Sequence record: SRR20825015_268
Reading direction: 5' to 3' (one strand)
DNA: 34,108 nucleotides
The position numbers and the translations under genes were made by a program. Positions 25,683 through 34,108 of the stretch are shown one piece after another. The notes beneath the pieces are model-generated. The model was not told where the DNA came from and did no database searches. It was given only the letters and a program-made list of their open reading frames with translations. The first letter of the stretch is position 1; each line of letters opens with the position of its first letter.

Positions 25683-27212
25683 TCAAGCGCTCAAGGCGAG
25701 CGGTTCGATATGGGCGGTTTTGCGCAGGAGCATTGGAGCGGCCTGCGGTCGCCCGAGGAAATAGCCCTGGAAGCGGTTGCAACCGGCAGCGCGTGCAAGA
25801 TCGAACTCGGCTTCGGTTTCGATCCCCTCAGCCACGATCGTAAGGCCCTGAATGCGAGCGATCTGCGTTAGCGCAGAGACAAAGACCTGAGCGATACGAT
25901 CATGTCCGAGATTGCGGATGTAACTGCGGTCGATCTTGATTGAGTCGATCGGCAGCGTCTTGATGTAGTTGAAGCCACAATGGCCGGTTCCAAAGTCATC
26001 CAGCGCGATGTGGAATCCCATCCCACGCAGCCGTTCGATACGGGCGATGATTTCGGGCGTAGCCGCCGTGGCGACGGTCTCGGTGATCTCGAGAACAAAA
26101 CGGTTGGCGGCCGTGCCCGTTTCATGCAGCACGCGGTCCAGCATGTGCACGAGGCCATCGCGCTTGAGCTGCTCTCCGGAGACATTGATGCTGATGCGCC
26201 CACATGACAGATGATCGAGATCGAGACATGCGCGGCGGAAAACCCACTCGCCGACCATGTCGATCAGGTTGGATCTCTCGGCAACAGGTATGAACTCGGC
26301 AGGTGAGATCATGCCGCGCACAGGATGACGCCAGCGCACCAGGCCTTCCAGAGCCGTACAGTTGCGCTCCGAGTCGGTCAGGGGCTGGTAGTGAAGTTCG
26401 AGCTCGTTGAGATAGACCGCTGCGCGCAATTCGCGCTCCATAAAGCGGCGCTGGCGTTTTTCAGAGAGCATATCGGGATCGAACACGGTTATGCGTCCGC
26501 GGCCGGCTCCCTTGCTCTCATAAAGTGCAAGATCGGCCAGCAAAGGAAGCTCTTTGGGGCTGCTTGCATGTTCCGGTGCGACGGCAATGCCGATCGATGC
26601 GCCCAGTGGTATCTGGTGTCCCTCGCAAACACGGCCCTGTTGAAGCATTGTGAGCAGTTTTTCGGCGCGTAGACGACAGCGTTCGAGGTCGTTGCCGTAC
26701 ATCAGTATCGCAAATTCGTCACCGCCCAGCCGGCCAATGGTGCAATCGGGGAAACAGTGTTTCGCGCATGCGACCAGATGGGCGAGCGCCTGATCTCCAA
26801 ATTGATGTCCGAATCCGTCATTGAGCTGCTTGAAATGGTCAAGATCAACAAGCAGCAGCATGATGCGGCGGGGTTTTGAAAGTGTGCCGATGCTGGCGCT
26901 GAGTTCGTCCAGGAAACGGCCTCGGGTGAGGGCGCCCGTAAGAAGATCATTCTCGGTCAGTCGCGTGCGCTCGGCCTCGATGCGCACGGCGTCCTTGAGC
27001 TGATCGGAAACAGTGCGTTTGAGGTATTCAAGCAGGCCAAGACCCGTCGCGCTGAGAACGAAGCAGGTGAGCAGCAGCCAGTTTGGCATGCCACTTTCGC
27101 GTGGCACCATGAAATATGCCACGGCGATGAGCGCCGTTGCTGTGATCAAAAGCGCTTGTACGCCTATGTAAACACGCGCGCCATTGCGGCGAACGGTGGA
27201 GAGGATGCTCAT
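25683..27212 (-). CDS. Membrane-anchored GGDEF-EAL diguanylate cyclase/phosphodiesterase
   Basis: Two N-terminal TM helices; DLDHFKQLND, RLGGDEF; EAL domain with YQP, EGLVRW, INVS, EITE, DDFGTG, KID, AEGIE, QGY. Confidence 0.92.
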   Translation of the reverse strand: MSILSTVRRNGARVYIGVQALLITATALIAVAYFMVPRESGMPNWLLLTCFVLSATGLGLLEYLKRTVSDQLKDAVRIEAERTRLTENDLLTGALTRGRFLDELSASIGTLSKPRRIMLLLVDLDHFKQLNDGFGHQFGDQALAHLVACAKHCFPDCTIGRLGGDEFAILMYGNDLERCRLRAEKLLTMLQQGRVCEGHQIPLGASIGIAVAPEHASSPKELPLLADLALYESKGAGRGRITVFDPDMLSEKRQRRFMERELRAAVYLNELELHYQPLTDSERNCTALEGLVRWRHPVRGMISPAEFIPVAERSNLIDMVGEWVFRRACLDLDHLSCGRISINVSGEQLKRDGLVHMLDRVLHETGTAANRFVLEITETVATAATPEIIARIERLRGMGFHIALDDFGTGHCGFNYIKTLPIDSIKIDRSYIRNLGHDRIAQVFVSALTQIARIQGLTIVAEGIETEAEFDLARAAGCNRFQGYFLGRPQAAPMLLRKTAHIEPLALSA

Positions 27213-27338
27213 GCCCCTGGTGTCTCCCCGAAACCCTTGGAAAACGAGAGAACAATGAGAAGCTTAAAGAGTGCGTTAAGACTATTGCACCGCGAGAAAA
27301 TATTTTGCGGCGCAATAGTGAGGCTATAGAGCGGGCGC

Positions 27339-28568
<1,230 letters not shown>

Positions 28569-28723
28569 TTACGCTGAGCATCAGCGTGATCCTTCATGTC
28601 CGATCATGGGAAAAATCGCAAGCGGCCAGCCAGTTTGCGGCGTTAAACCAGTCGTTAACGGCGAATAAAGGCGTTGGATGGCATTTTCACCGTCATGAAT
28701 AAAGAGTCTTAAGGAAGCGCAGC

Positions 28724-29644
28724 ATGCCGCGCAGCATCGGCCTCGGCCACATCGCCCGCCAGGACGACGGGACCGCTGTGGGTATCTGGGGCGGCTATAC
28801 ACTGAAATCGGCTTTTCAGCCGATCTTTTCCTTTCGTGAGGGCCGTCTTCTCGTGAGCGCTTATGAAGGGCTGATCCGTCCTTTCCGAGACGAGCATCCT
28901 GTGGGGCCGGGCATTTTCTTCTCTAGCATTCCCGACATCGATCGTTTTCAGGTCGAAACACTGGCAAGAACACTGCATTTATTGAATGCGGGCGTCAGTT
29001 TCAGCGAAACGGCCTCGCTCTTTGTCAATTTCGACCCGTCGCATTTTGTGGATGCCGCCTCAGCGGCGAGCGCGCTGCAGGATGTTCAGGGCGTCTTGAG
29101 CGAAGCCGGTATCTCGGCGGAGCGTGTCGTTTGTGAGATCACCGAGCAGGAAACGGGCTCCGATGAAACGCTCATCAGATTTGTGCAGGCGCTCAAGGGA
29201 TATGGGCACCGGGTTGCGGTGGATGATTACGGAGCCGACAGCTCGGATCTGAAGCGGATCGAGGCGCTCGGGCCCGATATCGTCAAATTCGATGGTGCCT
29301 GGACCGGTCGTCTCCTTTCGTCAGCTCCTGGCGTCGCGATGCTGACCGATATGGTGCGCGCGTTTGCACACAAGGGTATCCGCACCGTTTTCGAAGGTAT
29401 TGAAACCGGACAACAGCTTGAACTTGCCGAAAGTTGCGGTGTCTCCATGGTGCAGGGGTTTGCGCTCGCCCGGCCACAGCTGGCTCCGGGCGCTTTTGCG
29501 GAATTCGAGGCGGCACGCGAGAGTGAGCGAAGGCGGGCGCTGGCGGGGACCGTGGAACACCTTGAACGTGGCAAGGTCGAAAAGACCAAAGGGGACGTTC
29601 CGTCCAATCGCAGCGGGCGCACCTTCGGGCGCCGCGGATCCTAA
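28724..29644 (+). CDS. Stand-alone EAL-domain c-di-GMP phosphodiesterase (catalytic residues intact)
   Basis: FQPIF, YEGLIR, LFVNF, CEITE, VDDYGA, IVKFD, FEGIE, VQGF. Confidence 0.88.
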   Translation: MPRSIGLGHIARQDDGTAVGIWGGYTLKSAFQPIFSFREGRLLVSAYEGLIRPFRDEHPVGPGIFFSSIPDIDRFQVETLARTLHLLNAGVSFSETASLFVNFDPSHFVDAASAASALQDVQGVLSEAGISAERVVCEITEQETGSDETLIRFVQALKGYGHRVAVDDYGADSSDLKRIEALGPDIVKFDGAWTGRLLSSAPGVAMLTDMVRAFAHKGIRTVFEGIETGQQLELAESCGVSMVQGFALARPQLAPGAFAEFEAARESERRRALAGTVEHLERGKVEKTKGDVPSNRSGRTFGRRGS

Positions 29645-29648
29645 CACT

Positions 29649-30500
29649 ATGAGTGGGCAATCGATCCCCAGGCCCGCGGCGGCCACGATTGTAGTGGACG
29701 AGGTCGGCCTGGAAACAGGGGTCTACGGCGCATATCGGCTTCGCACCGTTTATCAGCCGATTTTCCGCGTTGCGTCCGACTTCTTGATGCCCGAGGGGCT
29801 GGAGGCATCTGTGTTGCCCTTGCTCAACTTTCGGCCAATAGAGAGGCATGAGTTTCTTGCCTCTATCGATCTTGACGCACAGGCCAATGTTCTGTCGCTC
29901 TGCAATCTCATGCACATCGGAAATCGTCGTCATGCCAGACATGACAACCTTTCCCTGCACGTACCGTTCGGACATTCCCTGCTTTGCGAGGAGGTGGCAC
30001 TGGAGCATCTTGCTCTCACCTTTGCACGGCTTGCAGAGGCCGGCTTTCCTCCAAGGTCTCTGGTGTGCAGCGTCCCCAACTTCGAAACTTGCGATTTAAA
30101 TGTCCTCGAGCGCATCCTGGCAGTGTTGGGAGCGGCGGGCGCGGGCCTCGCGGTTGAAGGGTTCGGGGTGAATACACAGGCGATTGAGGCGATAAAGCGT
30201 TTCCAGCCACGCATTGTCAGCGTCGATGGCTCGTGGTTTCGTCGTGTTTCTGATGTGAGCGCCGCTTTGCGGCTGATGCGTCAGGTAATTGAATGCCTCA
30301 AGAATGGGGGCGCTGAAGTTCTTGTAAAAGGGCTTGAGAGCCCGGCCCATCTTCTGGCGGCACTAACCGTTGGGGCCGATCTGGTTCAGGGCGAACTGCT
30401 GGCCAGACCAGAAGAAGCGGGTTCGATCGTGGATGTGCGGCCGCTGGATATAGGTCGTATTTTCCGCGATCCTGAGACGGTTGTCGTTTCTTTGACGTGA
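29649..30500 (+). CDS. Degenerate EAL-domain protein (probable pseudoenzyme)
   Basis: ATG 4 nt after the upstream stop. YQPIF and LVQG are retained, but DDFG reads EGFG, the K position reads S (IVSVD), EGIE reads KGLE and EITE reads SVPN. Confidence 0.8.
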   Translation: MSGQSIPRPAAATIVVDEVGLETGVYGAYRLRTVYQPIFRVASDFLMPEGLEASVLPLLNFRPIERHEFLASIDLDAQANVLSLCNLMHIGNRRHARHDNLSLHVPFGHSLLCEEVALEHLALTFARLAEAGFPPRSLVCSVPNFETCDLNVLERILAVLGAAGAGLAVEGFGVNTQAIEAIKRFQPRIVSVDGSWFRRVSDVSAALRLMRQVIECLKNGGAEVLVKGLESPAHLLAALTVGADLVQGELLARPEEAGSIVDVRPLDIGRIFRDPETVVVSLT

Positions 30501-30554
30501 AGTCAGTCTGGACGGGTTTGATCAGGCGGCGCTGCCAGACATCGTTTCAAAGAC

Positions 30555-30579
30555 CAGGGCCCGAACCTGTCGGGCCCTG
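30555..30579. terminator. GC hairpin between convergent genes
   Basis: CAGGGCCCGA-ACCTG-TCGGGCCCTG, a perfect 10-bp stem; followed by GTCTTT on the minus strand. Confidence 0.6.
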
Positions 30580-30588
30580 ATCCATTAT

Positions 30589-31077
30589 CTAGTTTTCAGA
30601 ATTGCTGTTTGCGGCCGAAACCGTATCCTCGTTTTCGCCGTAGGCGGCAGTCACGGAGCGCAGATCGGCCTTGCCTTCGGGATCATTTTGAAGGAGAGCG
30701 ATTTGTGCTGCCGCTTCCGGCTTGGCAATGCGCTGCAGCATTGATGCGAACTGCTCATGCTTTTGCACTTCAAGTGCCGCACGCCTGGCCCAAGCCTCGA
30801 TCGAGACGACCTCTTTCGGTTCGTCGCGAGGGGTGCTCAGCGAAGACAGCCGGTACTGGTCATTTACCGGTGTGGTGCCACTGGACGCGCCTGGCGACGT
30901 ACTCGTTGGAGGATTTGACGGGTTCGAACTGCCGCTCGAGCCTTTCGGCTGATCATCGCTCGGTTCCGGTTGGGTTGCCTCGTTGGGCGGCGAAGCCGGT
31001 TCCTGAGGATCAGGTTGGTTTGCCGGTGGCCTGACCCTGTCGAATAGAGGCAGTTTGTTCAAGTTTCCGATCAGCAC
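30589..31077 (-). CDS. Hypothetical protein with Pro/Ser-rich disordered N-half
   Basis: GTG start after RBS GGAGAGGA; 162 aa; helical C-half ending SVTAAYGENEDTVSAANSNSEN. Confidence 0.7.
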   Translation of the reverse strand: MLIGNLNKLPLFDRVRPPANQPDPQEPASPPNEATQPEPSDDQPKGSSGSSNPSNPPTSTSPGASSGTTPVNDQYRLSSLSTPRDEPKEVVSIEAWARRAALEVQKHEQFASMLQRIAKPEAAAQIALLQNDPEGKADLRSVTAAYGENEDTVSAANSNSEN

Positions 31078-31219
31078 GATGCGTCCTCTCCTGGTTCTGG
31101 TTCAAATCTGTGCAATTGGTTGTGTTTGATTGGCAATTGCTACCAGAGAGGGATTTTGAATCAGTGTTCAGGACCGGTAAAATTCAAGACAAATTTCGCG
31201 AAAACCGTGTCGCTGTGCT

Positions 31220-31477
31220 TCAGGCTGCCGCCCTGTCATTGGTGCCGGTCGTGTCCTGCTTTGCGGCGCTCTCTTTCGATTTGCGTTCCAGCATTTTCTT
31301 GCGCATCACCCGCAAAACTGCGTTGAGAAGATCAATGTCGATATAGAACTGTTTCGAGAGTTCGGGAGCAATCTGATCCATCTCTACGCCTTGTGCGACA
31401 AGGCGTTTGACCTCTGTAATCATCGCCGTTGGCTCAATGAGGCGATGTTTGATGCTGTTATCGGCAGACTGAAGCAT
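31220..31477 (-). CDS. Small hypothetical protein (85 aa)
   Basis: ATG after GGCGGGAA, amphipathic helical sequence, C-terminus DRAAA. Confidence 0.6.
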   Translation of the reverse strand: MLQSADNSIKHRLIEPTAMITEVKRLVAQGVEMDQIAPELSKQFYIDIDLLNAVLRVMRKKMLERKSKESAAKQDTTGTNDRAAA

Positions 31478-31658
31478 GGAATTCCCGCCGGTTGAAAATC
31501 ACGGACGCAACGAACCCAACGCTGAACAGAAATACCGCCGATAAATCGACCGATTGGCGGCGAGATTGTGGCTGTCCCCGCTAATCACCGGGGCCATCCG
31601 AATCGCATTTATTATGCGCGCGCCTCGCTTGAGTGCAAGATGTGCGGTTCAACCGGCA

Positions 31659-32252
31659 CTAGAATGCAAACGTCCCCTGCGCCTCGTCGGCATTGGGCGA
31701 GCGGGCGTTCTCCAGGGCAAGCATTTTTTGCTTCGTCGTTATGCCGCCATGGGCGGAGAAACCGCCAATCTTGCCACCTGCGGCAAGCACGCGATGGCAG
31801 GGGATGATCAGGGGGATGGGGTTTTTGCCCATGGCTGCACCCGTTTCCCGGGTGGCTTTCGGGAATCCTACACTTTCACAGAGTGCTCCATAAGTCGTTG
31901 TTTCACCGTAGGAAAGCCCACGCATGGCGGTGTATAGCGTCTGATGAAACGGGCTAATGCCGGAGAGATCGAGAGGAACCCTGGAAAAGTCCTGCTGAAC
32001 ACCATCGAAATAGCGCCTTACGGCCACGGCGAGGTTTGCGAGGGCGCCTGTTGGTTGTGTAGCATTGCCATCGGGAAATCGACGTTTCAGGAGCCGTTCA
32101 ACCGATCCTGCATCCGGTGCAGGAAGAATGAAGCGAGCAAGTCCGGCTTCGCTCCAGCCTGCACCGCAGAAGCCGAAAGCTGTTTCGAACACCTGATAAC
32201 CACCGAATGACACGGGCACTGATCCCACTGCTTTCGGAGACACATTTAGCAT
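31659..32252 (-). CDS. ogt: Methylated-DNA--protein-cysteine S-methyltransferase
   Basis: YGETTTYG, RETGAAMGKNPIPLIIPCHRV (active-site PCHR), GGFS..GG...KQKML.LE. Start uncertain. Confidence 0.9.
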   Translation of the reverse strand: MLNVSPKAVGSVPVSFGGYQVFETAFGFCGAGWSEAGLARFILPAPDAGSVERLLKRRFPDGNATQPTGALANLAVAVRRYFDGVQQDFSRVPLDLSGISPFHQTLYTAMRGLSYGETTTYGALCESVGFPKATRETGAAMGKNPIPLIIPCHRVLAAGGKIGGFSAHGGITTKQKMLALENARSPNADEAQGTFAF

Positions 32253-32367
32253 GGAAACACTATGGCACGAAGAGTGAACGGGCACGGTCCTGACATGAGA
32301 TTGCCACGCTTTGCATTGCACGATAGAAGGCGCGCGGGTGGGGGTGATCTGATTGAAGGAATGTACC

Positions 32368-32997
32368 TTGCCGTTGTTTTCCCGTTTTCTGGTCGCCGGT
32401 CTTTTACTTGCCTTGCCCTCCATGGCCGGTTGCGCAACGACCGGGAGCGAAGGTCAGGCAAAAGCCGATAACGTCGAGAGTTCTGCTGATGCAGCTGTGA
32501 TTGCGAATAGCCTGGTTGCAGAACAGGACGCCGCGATCTCGGACGAGGATGTCAGCCCGGACGCGTTCGCAGGTCAACGCCCGCCTTCCGCTGCGCTCAC
32601 GGCATTGGAGGCCGGGGCGAGCGTGGAGCCGGTGGCGCCGCGGAGCGCCGAGCTCGATTCGCTGATCGCTCGCTACGCAGCCATCTATGAGGTGCCTGAG
32701 CGGCTGGTGCGCAGGGTAGTCAGACGAGAGAGCAATTTCGATCCCTCAGCGCGCAATCGCATCTATTGGGGGCTGATGCAGATCCGGCACGATACGGCTC
32801 AAACCATGGGATATCGCGGCCCTGCATCCGGTTTGCTGGATGCGGAGACCAATCTCAAATATGCCGTCAAATATCTGCGAGGCGCCTACATTACGGCCGA
32901 TCGAAACGAAGATCGTGCGGTGCGCTTCTATGCCAGCGGTTATTACTACGATGCCAAACGCAAAGGGTTGCTCCGGGAAACCGGCCTGCGCAACTGA
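32368..32997 (+). CDS. Lytic transglycosylase (SLT domain) lipoprotein
   Basis: Lipobox MAGC; RRESNFDP (catalytic Glu), GLMQI...TA, LLDAETNLKYAVKYL. TTG start chosen from the AAGGA RBS; the ORF track starts at 32353. Confidence 0.88.
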   Translation: MPLFSRFLVAGLLLALPSMAGCATTGSEGQAKADNVESSADAAVIANSLVAEQDAAISDEDVSPDAFAGQRPPSAALTALEAGASVEPVAPRSAELDSLIARYAAIYEVPERLVRRVVRRESNFDPSARNRIYWGLMQIRHDTAQTMGYRGPASGLLDAETNLKYAVKYLRGAYITADRNEDRAVRFYASGYYYDAKRKGLLRETGLRN

Positions 32998-33161
32998 GCC
33001 CGGCTTCGGCGGGAGCTGTCAGCAGGCTTTGAGGCGACGTGATAAACCAGTTCTGACAAACCTCCGATTGGTGTATGTCTGCGCGCTGTTGGATGCCGCT
33101 CAGCAGCTCTTTCCTGCAGTCATGGGAACGTGCGGGAACTGGCTGCCCCGGAGGATTGCAG

Positions 33162-34108
33162 ATGAATGATATGAAGCCGGTGAGCGCCAAGGCGATCGCC
33201 CCCGATTTGCCGTCCCTGGCGATTTCCGTGCGCGGGTTGACCAAGCGCTATGGGGCTGTTCCCGCGCTGGACGGCATCGATCTGGATGTTCCGCGTGGCA
33301 TGATCTTCGGCATTCTGGGGCCAAACGGAGCGGGAAAAACAACGCTGATCCGTCTGCTTGCAACACTCGCGCGTCCGGACGGCGGCTCTGCGTCCGTCAT
33401 GGGGCACGATGTTGTTTCCAATCCACAGGCGGTGAGGGGGGCTATCGCGCTGACCGGGCAATTTGCCTCGCTCGACGAAGACCTGACGGGGCGGGAAAAC
33501 CTTGTCATGCTCGCGCGTCTCTGGGGATTTTCAGTGAGCGCCGCCAAGGCGAGGGCGGATGAACTGCTTGCAGCCTTCGAACTTTCGGACGCGTCCAGAA
33601 AGCAGGTCAAATCCTACTCCGGCGGGATGCGGAGACGGCTCGACATTGCGGCGTCGCTGATTGTGACGCCGGGCGTTCTGTTTCTCGACGAGCCAACCAC
33701 CGGTCTTGATCCTAAAGCGCGGCAAGGTGTGTGGAAAATGATCCGCTCTCTTGCTCAATCCGGTGTGACGATATTGCTGACCACCCAGTATCTCGAAGAA
33801 GCGGATCAGTTGGCCGCGCGTATCGCAGTGATCGATCGTGGCCGAAAGATCGCTGAAGGGACGAGCAGGGAGCTCAAATCGGCCATCGGCTCCGGTTTCC
33901 TGCACGTTGCCCTTGGCGATCATGAGCGACTGGACGAAGCGGAAGCAATTTTGGAGAAGGTCCTGGGGGCGCCCGTTCAACGCAGCGCCGAAGGCGCTCA
34001 GCTTTCCGTGGTGGCCGGATCGACCAAAGCCGCCAATGAGGCGCTGGGGCTGTTGATTTCAGCAGGAATAGAACTCTCCGATTTCTCGATGGGTTCCCCC
34101 AGTCTCGA
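33162..34108 (+). CDS. ABC transporter ATP-binding protein, DrrA-like (runs off the window)
   Basis: Translated by hand from ATG 33162 (RBS GGAGGA): Walker A GPNGAGKT, TGQFASLDEDLTGRENL, signature YSGGMRRRLD, Walker B FLDEPTTGLDP, LLTTQYLEEAD. Confidence 0.9.
   Translation, partial: MNDMKPVSAKAIAPDLPSLAISVRGLTKRYGAVPALDGIDLDVPRGMIFGILGPNGAGKTTLIRLLATLARPDGGSASVMGHDVVSNPQAVRGAIALTGQFASLDEDLTGRENLVMLARLWGFSVSAAKARADELLAAFELSDASRKQVKSYSGGMRRRLDIAASLIVTPGVLFLDEPTTGLDPKARQGVWKMIRSLAQSGVTILLTTQYLEEADQLAARIAVIDRGRKIAEGTSRELKSAIGSGFLHVALGDHERLDEAEAILEKVLGAPVQRSAEGAQLSVVAGSTKAANEALGLLISAGIELSDFSMGSPSL

Noticed and set aside
29364..29648. N-terminal extension of the second EAL ORF, or a frameshifted fusion of the two EAL genes
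   Set aside because: The extension overlaps the first EAL gene and looks non-coding. Each gene has its own complete domain, and no slippery sequence is evident at the junction.
31537..31544. GCCGATAA, resembling a sigma28 -10 element
   Set aside because: No matching TAAA -35 at the right spacing, and it points toward the 3' end of ogt rather than at a gene.

Overview
This is a GC-rich chromosomal window from an alphaproteobacterium of the Rhizobiales/Hyphomicrobiales type, inferred from gene content and synteny. It is mostly core genome. From the start: small hypothetical/exported proteins (BA14K-like, DUF1344-like), a sulfolipid operon sqdBDC, an enolase-superfamily enzyme with a Zn-alcohol dehydrogenase, an acyl-CoA thioesterase, a CorC/HlyC protein, two extensin-like (probably LAS metallopeptidase) genes, DUF3775, a DMT transporter and a PQQ sugar dehydrogenase. 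Next is the conserved rhizobial block greA-lpsB-(LPS glycosyltransferases)-lrp-trxB-lsrB/vtlR followed by an AbcR-type sRNA. The rest holds msrP, a divergent EF-G paralogue, a GGDEF-EAL gene, aatA, a tandem intact plus degenerate EAL pair, two orphans, ogt, a lytic transglycosylase and a DrrA-like ABC ATPase cut by the window edge. I found no CRISPR array, tRNA/rRNA, transposase, integrase or prophage, and no large, clearly new multi-gene system. The best leads are the EAL enzyme/pseudoenzyme pair with CtrA-like boxes, a terminator-containing greA leader, a 21-bp GANTC-phased repeat array between convergent genes, an enolase lacking its first metal-ligand Asp, and a low-GC LPS cassette. All calls come from reading motifs by eye; no database search was run.
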